Shown here: piece by piece, positions 25,477 to 31,470 of the stretch | Position numbering within the stretch: the first letter of the stretch is position 1 | Layout: every line of letters starts with the position of its first letter | IMG/VR virus record: IMGVR_UViG_3300017565_000037 | Coordinates: 1-31,470 of that record | Origin: a virus | Lineage: Duplodnaviria; Caudoviricetes | DNA length: 31,470 nucleotides | Strand: one strand, 5' to 3' | Program-made: the position numbers and the translations under genes | The notes under the pieces: generated by a model | What the model was told of the DNA's origin: nothing | Seen by the model: only the letters and a program-made list of their open reading frames with translations | The model's database searches: none

Positions 25477-26075
25477 CACCGAACCTCCTTTGCGTCGACA
25501 TCGCACTCACACGATGGGCAATGCGGCGGTTCGTGGGTTTCGTGGTAGGGGCGGGGTTTCTCCCCAGCGTATGACTTTGGCAAGGCGTCTTCCCTGTGCT
25601 GCACACCCTGCCCGCGCAGGTGGGGTTGCGCAGCAGCGATGATGGCCCGCACGACCTTGTGCCTCGATAGACGGGCGTCGCTTGCAATCTCTGCTGCACG
25701 GACACCAGCCTCCACCGCCGCATCCAGCCCCTGCGGCTCGGGTATCGGCTCCTTCCGTCCGTCGTGCCGACCCAGCATGTACGCCACAGTCAGGTCGTCA
25801 GGCTCACGTCGCGCCGTATGCACACCAGCGGCGTCGGCGTTGTCGGCGGCACGGAGAAGGCGGGCTTGTTCACGGTAAGATTTATCGCTGAACCCCTTCC
25901 CGAACCGCTCCGCTATGTCGTCCAGCATGTCCGCCACGAGCGCACGGTCATACGCGGGCTGTGCCTGCTGTAGCGCGGCAAGCAGTCGATTGAAATCGAC
26001 AGCCTTCACCATGACGCCAAGACCAAAGACGCTGTAGGTGGGGGTTTTCCCGTCCGCTGCAAATGAGTCGCACAT
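25476..26075 (-). CDS. Modular hypothetical protein
   Basis: GGGAGG SD and GTGATG coupling. C-terminal 'HEPPHCPSCEC'. Confidence 0.6.
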   Translation of the reverse strand: MCDSFAADGKTPTYSVFGLGVMVKAVDFNRLLAALQQAQPAYDRALVADMLDDIAERFGKGFSDKSYREQARLLRAADNADAAGVHTARREPDDLTVAYMLGRHDGRKEPIPEPQGLDAAVEAGVRAAEIASDARLSRHKVVRAIIAAAQPHLRGQGVQHREDALPKSYAGEKPRPYHETHEPPHCPSCECDVDAKEVR

Positions 26076-26950
26076 CACGCGCCCTCCCTGTGCTGGTCTG
26101 ATAGACGCTGCCAGTGCTCCACGACTCCGGCTACCGCGCCTGAGTTCTCCTTCAATTTGGCCTCTGCTTGCTCGGCCAGCCACGGCTGAATGTCCCGCAG
26201 GAACTCGTCCAACCGTCCTTTCAGGTCGTACTGCGGATACAGGGCGTTCTCACCGTCGATCAGGAGGAACGGTCCTTTGATGTTTCGCGTCCGACGAAGC
26301 ACATCCATGTCCGCGCAGGAGGCCTGGAATCCAGTGACGCCGAGCCGCTTGGCCACGTAATTGAACGCGGCGGTTGCCGCCAAACTCATGGCATAGGCGC
26401 TCGTTCCGTAATCGTGGTCGCGATTCACCACGCTGGCTATGAACGATGCCAGCTCGTCACCAGACTCCGGCGTGGGAACCTGGTACTCGCGCATGCCGGC
26501 CTCGTCCGTAGGGATAGCATGGTCCACCGAGGGCTGCGGCTGGGTGAGTTTGGTTTCCTGGTCACCCTCAAATATCGGCAGGATGCCGTAATGTACTTGC
26601 CAGTTGAGCGCAACGGACTTGTCCGCCGTCTCCATCAGATAGTCGTCCGTCCGCCATCCGATCAAGCGGGGCGACTCCGCCTTCGGCTGCTCAGCAATGG
26701 CGGCGCCCCCGACTACTGGTCCAGTCGATTCACCGCCGCGCGAGGCAACGGAGCCGGGGGTGCCATGGAGGGCGAGTGCGGAAAGGGTCTCTTCGATCCT
26801 GTCGCGCCAGTACGTATCCACATCGCTCTGGTGCACGTCTGTGTACTGGCCTTCGACGGTATCGTGATGGCCGTGTGCATAGGCGGTTGAGTAGAGCCTA
26901 CAAAGCAACTCCGGCAGCGCGGCGGGGGCGGGGTGGGGTTGGGTGGTCAT
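26075..26950 (-). CDS. Modular hypothetical protein (291 aa)
   Basis: GGAG SD and ATGA coupling. Three segments joined by P/Q/A-rich linkers. Confidence 0.65.
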   Translation of the reverse strand: MTTQPHPAPAALPELLCRLYSTAYAHGHHDTVEGQYTDVHQSDVDTYWRDRIEETLSALALHGTPGSVASRGGESTGPVVGGAAIAEQPKAESPRLIGWRTDDYLMETADKSVALNWQVHYGILPIFEGDQETKLTQPQPSVDHAIPTDEAGMREYQVPTPESGDELASFIASVVNRDHDYGTSAYAMSLAATAAFNYVAKRLGVTGFQASCADMDVLRRTRNIKGPFLLIDGENALYPQYDLKGRLDEFLRDIQPWLAEQAEAKLKENSGAVAGVVEHWQRLSDQHREGA

Positions 26951-27498
26951 GCGGCTTTCTCCTCATCCGCCCGCTGGACTTGCTTGAAGAAGTCCGAGAG
27001 TTCCTCAGGCTCTATCTCGAAGTCCCACCAGCGAGAGCGGGTTAGCGTGGATAGCGAAATGCTCTGCATGAACCTGCACAACTCGCCGGGTACAGCGAGT
27101 ACGTGGAAACGCCCATCATCGTGGAAGGCGAAGCAGACGAAGAAGTCTGCGACAAGCTCTTGCTTCTTGAGGGAAAAGCAGAATCTGTTATCCCTCCACT
27201 TACTGCTCTTGATGTCAACCGCGTATGGGCCAACCTTAAAATCTACCTTTGCTTGAAACTCAAAGTCGTTCTGATTGACAGCCTCGGGAACATACTGACT
27301 GAATATTCTCTCGGCTCTTGCCGCCAGCCGATCCTTATCGCTCCCATAGCGAGATTTGTCCCCAGTAACCGGCTCTCCAACTGCTCGCAGATGTACGTAC
27401 ACGGTCTGCCAGGGTATGCCAATCTCCTCGGCCACCAATTTGAGATTCTTGATGCGCCTGTAGGATTCGACGCATTTGGCTTGGATGTCGCTCACCAT
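26947..27498 (-). CDS. HTH + PD-(D/E)XK nuclease-like protein
   Basis: N-terminal HTH (NLKLVAEEIGIPWQTVYVHL), then AE...VDF...VDIKSS. Visibly AT-richer than neighbours. Confidence 0.65.
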   Translation of the reverse strand: MVSDIQAKCVESYRRIKNLKLVAEEIGIPWQTVYVHLRAVGEPVTGDKSRYGSDKDRLAARAERIFSQYVPEAVNQNDFEFQAKVDFKVGPYAVDIKSSKWRDNRFCFSLKKQELVADFFVCFAFHDDGRFHVLAVPGELCRFMQSISLSTLTRSRWWDFEIEPEELSDFFKQVQRADEEKAA

Positions 27499-27821
27499 AT
27501 CCCCCTATTCGTGACGAATGGGATGTCTTGGTCCTGGTCAAAGCTGTCCTGCTGCGCCCCAGGCACGCGGTCCTCCGGCTTGTTACGCTGCGGCCTAGAC
27601 GACGAGGCGGCGTTGCCCTGCTTGTTGTCGTCCTGAGGAAACAGGGATGCCTTGCCGTCCCACCAGTTGCCAACCGGCATCGCGGTGAACTCGATGCTGA
27701 TCCCGCCGTCATCCCACTTCGTGGCGCGGCCGATGTTCACCCACTGCTTCTTTTCCTGGCCGTCGCGAGTGGTGTACGGCTTGCCTGCTGAAACGTTGTA
27801 GCGTTCGATTACCTGGGCCAT
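27492..27821 (-). CDS. Single-stranded DNA-binding protein (phage type)
   Basis: Short OB-like N-terminus (YTTRDGQEKKQWVNIG), flexible linker and acidic DQDQDIPF tail. Follows the recombination genes. Confidence 0.8.
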   Translation of the reverse strand: MAQVIERYNVSAGKPYTTRDGQEKKQWVNIGRATKWDDGGISIEFTAMPVGNWWDGKASLFPQDDNKQGNAASSSRPQRNKPEDRVPGAQQDSFDQDQDIPFVTNRGIW

Positions 27822-27823
27822 GG

Positions 27824-28420
27824 TTATGCTGCCTCTAAGTTTGGGGTGTGGTTGGGGAGGTGCAGGGACGCGAACTCGTGGAAGTCCCTCGCGAGGTCCA
27901 TACAGTCGTCGTGCAGGCCCGGGTAGCGGTACTGCTCCAGGATGTGCGGCGACTTGACCATGTAGGTCTTGTCCTCGTCACGGCTGGGTACCAGTTCAAA
28001 GACGTTCCAACGGAAAACGTCAGCGCCGAAGATGTCCAGGTAGAAGCGCCACTGACACCCTTCTAGGTAACCTTCCGGGCGAAAGCTTTGCGTGGACTTG
28101 TGATCGTCTATCCGCTTCCCAAGCAGGCCATCGACTTGCCCGGTCACCACGAGAGGGCCATAGCTTCCGTAGGCCCGCAGCTCCCTCACGTCCGGCAGAG
28201 CGATTTCGCCATCGCCGAACAGGAACGTATAGCCGTTCGCCTCCAAGCGGTCATAGCTTCCAGGGATGGCAAGCTCTAGCGCCCGATGGAATGCAGTACC
28301 TGCAAGCATTCGCTCTGTAGGCTGGAAGTCGACGAGCCGGGCCACAAGGTCAGCAGCGCCCAGTTCCTCGTCCAGACGCCACCGCCTGAAGGTCTCAATG
28401 CTGGATACCCGAGCCAGCAT
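27824..28420 (-). CDS. PD-(D/E)XK exonuclease (RecB/Cas4-like fold)
   Basis: GTAFH, E, GQVDG, DHKST and QWRFY motifs. TGATG-coupled to the ATPase. Confidence 0.8.
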   Translation of the reverse strand: MLARVSSIETFRRWRLDEELGAADLVARLVDFQPTERMLAGTAFHRALELAIPGSYDRLEANGYTFLFGDGEIALPDVRELRAYGSYGPLVVTGQVDGLLGKRIDDHKSTQSFRPEGYLEGCQWRFYLDIFGADVFRWNVFELVPSRDEDKTYMVKSPHILEQYRYPGLHDDCMDLARDFHEFASLHLPNHTPNLEAA

Positions 28421-29316
28421 CAGGCGGCCGCCTTCGTGGGCGCGTATTCCCGAGCGTCCTTGTCGAAGGAAAGCCCGAGCTCTAGAGCCCTGGCGTGCAG
28501 GAGAGCTTTGCCGGAGTTCCCGGCATCCTTGGCCTGAGGAAGAAGGCTGTTGACCGCCTCGGCATCTTCAGCGTCAGCGAGAGCTTCGCGCAACTTCCCG
28601 AGCCGATCCTGGGCCTCTGCCTGCTCGGCCGTCAGCTCGTTCAACTTGTCCTTAATCGACTGTATGACAGCACCCAGGAATCCCGGGTCGCGATCAGGAT
28701 GCGGAATATCCAGAACATCCAGTTGGCCAGGGTTCTTGCCGAATGACCCTTCCCTCGGGCTGAAGTCAAGCTGCCGTGCGCCACCCTTGACGAATACTCG
28801 CCCCATCGCGTCAGCGGCCTTGTATATCTCGCCCTTGCTGCCGCCCTGAACGTCCAGGCGCTCAATCATTTCATCGCCATTGCGCTGCTCGTCCATGTGA
28901 GCGATCAGAACCACGTCCTTGCCAAAACCCTTCAGCAGCTTCAGGAAGGCCGAGAACTCAGTCTTAAGTGTTCCGTAGCCTTGAAGCGTGAGTGCTCCAC
29001 CACGGCCCGCCTTGGGGTTTCTGCGCATGATGTCGGAAGACAGGCAGTCCAGGGCTCGGCCAGCGGTGTCCAGGATGATGGTGTCGAAGTCCGCGACATC
29101 AGATTCACCAATGCCGGCCACATCGCTCCACTGCCGAACCTGCACAGTGTCCTTGCGACCAGTTGCTCGATGCGCGCCTTGGTCGAAGTCCAGCAGGAGC
29201 GGCCGTTCTGCGGTGAACGCAAGCGAAGTTTTGCCAGCGCCAGGCTGGCCGTAGATGCAGATGCTAAGGCGCTCAACAACGATAGGGTCAGAAGCCCGGG
29301 TAATCCTCAGTGCCAT
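28420..29316 (-). CDS. Sak4-like AAA/RecA-fold ATPase (recombinase)
   Basis: Walker A IYGQPGAGKTS, LLDFDQG, Walker B IILDT and VLIAH. Clustered with exonuclease and SSB. Confidence 0.85.
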   Translation of the reverse strand: MALRITRASDPIVVERLSICIYGQPGAGKTSLAFTAERPLLLDFDQGAHRATGRKDTVQVRQWSDVAGIGESDVADFDTIILDTAGRALDCLSSDIMRRNPKAGRGGALTLQGYGTLKTEFSAFLKLLKGFGKDVVLIAHMDEQRNGDEMIERLDVQGGSKGEIYKAADAMGRVFVKGGARQLDFSPREGSFGKNPGQLDVLDIPHPDRDPGFLGAVIQSIKDKLNELTAEQAEAQDRLGKLREALADAEDAEAVNSLLPQAKDAGNSGKALLHARALELGLSFDKDAREYAPTKAAA

Positions 29317-29413
29317 GGTTGTAACCTCCGGTCAGTTCGGCTTGGTCGTCGGTGGGAAGGGCTGGTTCGTTCGGGTCGGTAACATCTGGCGGCTCATCGC
29401 TAAGCCATTTCAT
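29288..29413 (-). CDS. Small acidic ORF (41 aa)
   Basis: GGAGG SD. Translation MKWLSDEPPDVTDPNEPALPTDDQAELTGGYNHGTEDYPGF overlaps the ATPase start. Confidence 0.4.
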   Translation of the reverse strand: MKWLSDEPPDVTDPNEPALPTDDQAELTGGYNHGTEDYPGF

Positions 29414-29432
29414 GTCCGCCTCCGCTGTAGGA

Positions 29433-29484
29433 GCCCGGAGACCCACCGTTGCAGGGGGCACAGGGGGAGGGCGGGCCTCCGGGC
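29433..29484 (-). other. 15-bp RNA hairpin with 22-nt C-rich loop
   Basis: GCCCGGAGGCCCGCC / GGTGGGTCTCCGGGC, with two G-U pairs valid only on the minus strand. Confidence 0.6.
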
Positions 29485-29491
29485 GTAGGGG

Positions 29492-29619
29492 TGAGAGTGG
29501 GCAGGATTCGACACCTGCTGTGCGGGCCTTCGGCGGCTGACCTAGGAAGCCTTCTCGCATCCTCGACGGATGCCCCGCTGGTGGCTGGCCGTGCGTGTCC
29601 TTCCACGCCGCCACTCTCA
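29492..29619 (-). ncRNA. tRNA-like cloverleaf RNA (C4/CI-like candidate)
   Basis: 9-bp closing stem TGAGAGTGG/CCACTCTCA, D-like arm GCGTG-GAAGGA-CACGC, T-like arm GCAGG-TGTCGAAT-CCTGC and internal hairpin GCATCC/GGATGC. Confidence 0.65.
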
Positions 29620-29692
29620 TATTTGGCAAATGCTTCGTACAGCGGACGCCAGTTTCGTTCGCGCTCGCTGCTGTTCAACGGTCGTTCGCAAG

Positions 29693-29845
29693 TCAGAACC
29701 ACAGCAGCACTCCCTTAACGGCGCTACGGAACAGGTCGGGCGCCATCACGATCACGCCGGCCAGGGTGAGCAGTCCGCCCATCGCTGCCATCGGCAGGAG
29801 ACCGTCCGGGCCGGTCCAGGATTCGCGGGACATACGCCGCCTCAT
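29693..29845 (-). CDS. Small membrane protein, 50 aa (not in ORF track)
   Basis: ATGA coupling. Translation MRRRMSRESWTGPDGLLPMAAMGGLLTLAGVIVMAPDLFRSAVKGVLLWF*. Confidence 0.55.
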   Translation of the reverse strand: MRRRMSRESWTGPDGLLPMAAMGGLLTLAGVIVMAPDLFRSAVKGVLLWF

Positions 29846-30129
29846 GACCCCATCCTCGACGTGTAATCCCCCTCGGCGAGCTGGGCGGGGGTGAGGGTTG
29901 GCTTGCTCAGCTCGGCCAGGAGGGCGTCGGTGTACTCAACTGCGCGCAGGGCAATCATTGAAACCACGTCTACATGGATGTGGCCTTTGTACTTCTCTGC
30001 CACATGCGGGTTTGACAGAAACCCTTGCATCGCCAGCGCCGCGATCAGCTCGCGCTTGGTCAGCCCAAACTCATGGCTTCTCGGGTCGTGCATCGGCGGA
30101 AACGCGGGGGCGTTCGGATTAGCGTCCAT
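29842..30129 (-). CDS. Conserved-type small phage early protein
   Basis: GGAGG SD. 'PAFP...GLTKRELIAALAMQG...AVEYTDALLAEL' is a motif widespread in phage hypothetical proteins. Confidence 0.75.
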   Translation of the reverse strand: MDANPNAPAFPPMHDPRSHEFGLTKRELIAALAMQGFLSNPHVAEKYKGHIHVDVVSMIALRAVEYTDALLAELSKPTLTPAQLAEGDYTSRMGS

Positions 30130-30442
30130 CCTGGGCCTCCTTGGCTGGGGTGATGCGAGCGAGTGCAGCGCGAGCCTTGGCAATGGCGTCACCACGCCCA
30201 AGCCATCCCGGGGCATCCTGATGGTGCGGACTCACATAGGCCATGCAATCGAGTGATTCCCGTAGAGCATCCCTCAGCAGCTCCGCGTCGGCCCGCAGCC
30301 CCTCTACCTCAACGCGGAGGGCGTCTACCTCGTCAGCAAGCCCGTACAACCTGTCCAACTGACCGGCCCTGCTGGACAAGTCTCCCTCGCGCCTGATTCG
30401 ATCAGACAACGCCACCGGCTTGACCTCGGTCATGGCGCTCAC
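30119..30442 (-). CDS. Coiled-coil hypothetical protein
   Basis: GTGA coupling; contains 'LRDALRE...AKARAALA'. Confidence 0.65.
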   Translation of the reverse strand: MSAMTEVKPVALSDRIRREGDLSSRAGQLDRLYGLADEVDALRVEVEGLRADAELLRDALRESLDCMAYVSPHHQDAPGWLGRGDAIAKARAALARITPAKEAQDGR

Positions 30443-30777
30443 GCTGCACGCTCCAGATCGTCCGGCCGCGCAGTAGCCCGCTCATATGCGGCCTCGGCGT
30501 CGAGCATTGCTTCAGCGCGGATTGCAGTTGCGACCCGCCCCTGTAGCGTCATGAACAGCGCCAGCCCGGCCGCAGCCATTGCCTCATTCGTCTGTGCGGC
30601 GTCGAACGCTTGGTAGAAGTCAGTCGCAGCCTCTTCCAGCGTGTCGCCAGAGCCAATCGTGAAGAACCAGGAGATTTCGTCGCGGACGCGGCTACTGTCC
30701 TGGATTCGCTGGTCGTACAGCGAGTGGGCGTAGTCGTCTACCCATTCCTCGCGGTCCATGTGGGGAACGGCGCTCAT
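30439..30777 (-). CDS. Acidic hypothetical protein (112 aa)
   Basis: Start/stop overlaps at both ends. Confidence 0.65.
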   Translation of the reverse strand: MSAVPHMDREEWVDDYAHSLYDQRIQDSSRVRDEISWFFTIGSGDTLEEAATDFYQAFDAAQTNEAMAAAGLALFMTLQGRVATAIRAEAMLDAEAAYERATARPDDLERAA

Positions 30778-30893
30778 GCCCGCACCGATGCCTGCTGGGC
30801 CTGCGCCAGCTCGTCCTCGGTCAGCTTTGCGTACACCTGCTCCAGCCAGTCGGCTTGGTAGAGGTAGCCCAGGTAGAGGGGGTTGGCGCTCAT
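30774..30893 (-). CDS. Small hypothetical protein, 39 aa (not in ORF track)
   Basis: GGAGGA SD and ATGA overlaps at both ends. Translation [39 protein letters not shown]. Confidence 0.6.
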   Translation of the reverse strand: MSANPLYLGYLYQADWLEQVYAKLTEDELAQAQQASVRA

Positions 30894-31470
30894 GCGTCCT
30901 CCCCGGGCGTCCACAGCCGCACGTGTTCGTCTATCAGGGCGACAGCAGCCCGGTACTCCTGCGCGTGTTCGTTATCGCCGTGTCGGTCCGCCAGCTTCGC
31001 CAGGAACTCGTCCCGCGAGCCGAAGAAGCAACCAGCCCGAAGCCGAAGCCCCTTGTCCGTGATGTAAGCGACGAACTGCCGCGACTCGCTGCCGATTGGC
31101 CCGAGTTGGAAGTAGGGGCGCTTGCCGACCAGGATCAGGTCGGAGCCGTCATCGTCGAGAATCTTGGCACCGGCCAGGTAGGCATCGGCCAGGTAGGCAT
31201 CGGCCAGGTTGGCACCGGCCAGCTTGGCACCGGCCAGGTTGGCACGGGCCAGGTTGGCACGGGCCAGGTCGGCATCGGCCAGGTTGGCACCGGCCAGGTT
31301 GGCACGGGCCAGGTAGGCATCGGCCAGGTAGGCACCGGCCAGGTAGGCACCGGCCAGGTAGGCATCGGCCAGGTTGGCACCGGCCAGGTAGGCACCGGCC
31401 AGGTAGGCATCGGCCAGGTTGGCACCGGCCAGGTAGGCATCGGCCAGGTTGGCATCGGCCAGGTTGGCAC
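30890..31470 (-). CDS. Pentapeptide-repeat protein (5'-truncated by window)
   Basis: Frame starting at 31468 reads A(N/Y/D/K)LA(D/G/R) repeats, then a globular domain (...GPIGSESR...[13 protein letters not shown]...HAQEY...) ending at TGA 30890. Confidence 0.9.
   Translation of the reverse strand, partial: ANLADANLADAYLAGANLADAYLAGAYLAGANLADAYLAGAYLAGAYLADAYLARANLAGANLADADLARANLARANLAGAKLAGANLADAYLADAYLAGAKILDDDGSDLILVGKRPYFQLGPIGSESRQFVAYITDKGLRLRAGCFFGSRDEFLAKLADRHGDNEHAQEYRAAVALIDEHVRLWTPGEDA
31166..31470. repeat. 15-bp tandem repeat array (about 20 units)
   Basis: Units of GGCA(C/T)(C/G)GGCCAGGT(A/T) encoding the pentapeptide repeats. Confidence 0.9.

Noticed and set aside
23823-27498. 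Bona fide type II restriction-modification operon
   Set aside because: The nuclease and MTases are separated by three unrelated genes, and the MTases are of short orphan phage types. Kept only as a weak hypothesis.
27824-28420. Cas4 / CRISPR adaptation gene
   Set aside because: Lacks the four-Cys Fe-S pattern. Context (Sak4-like ATPase, SSB) indicates a recombination exonuclease.
29492-29619. Canonical tRNA or tmRNA
   Set aside because: 128 nt, 8-nt T-like loop, no 7-nt anticodon loop in the normal position and no CCA. Too short for tmRNA.
29400-29702. 100-aa minus-strand ORF running through the structured RNA region
   Set aside because: The C-terminal two-thirds is low-complexity translation of hairpins, so the RNA structure explains the sequence better. 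A short translated leader cannot be excluded.
31135-31470. ORF-track protein of [10 protein letters not shown] repeats
   Set aside because: Wrong frame. The A(N/Y)LA(D/G) frame is the canonical pentapeptide repeat and continues into a globular domain ending at 30890.
31166-31470. CRISPR array
   Set aside because: Contiguous 15-bp coding repeats with no unique spacers and no cas genes.

Overview
This window is about 31.5 kb of a GC-rich temperate tailed phage genome with a short-tail (podovirus-like) morphogenesis module. A Xanthomonadales-type host is my inference only. The + strand (1-19767) runs: RusA-like resolvase (5'-partial), lambda-Q-like antiterminator, a T5orf172/GIY-YIG protein, a pR'/tR'-like late promoter and terminator, a lysis cassette (holin, SAR endolysin, two unannotated micro-membrane ORFs, embedded Rz/Rz1 spanins), terminase, an Sm/LSm-like small protein, portal, scaffold, major capsid, adaptor/nozzle, four probable ejection proteins and tail fibre genes. 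The centre holds a SRAP cassette and an intact attP (3' part of tRNA-Val(GAC), with arm repeats and IHF-like sites) next to a tyrosine integrase and excisionase. The intact attP implies the sequence is the excised/virion form, not an integrated prophage. The - strand (21263-31470) is a mosaic early operon with two methyltransferases, an HTH-PD-(D/E)XK nuclease, SSB, exonuclease, Sak4-like ATPase, a tRNA-like structured RNA and a pentapeptide-repeat protein (partial). The most notable unexplained items are the Sm-like gene between terL and portal, the tRNA-like RNA with its adjacent C-rich-loop hairpin, the micro-peptides in the lysis cassette, three apparently leaderless accessory genes (one a candidate superinfection-exclusion protein), a three-way-junction element after the tail genes and an overprinted AT-hook ORF. 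All calls come from visual motif recognition; no searches were run.
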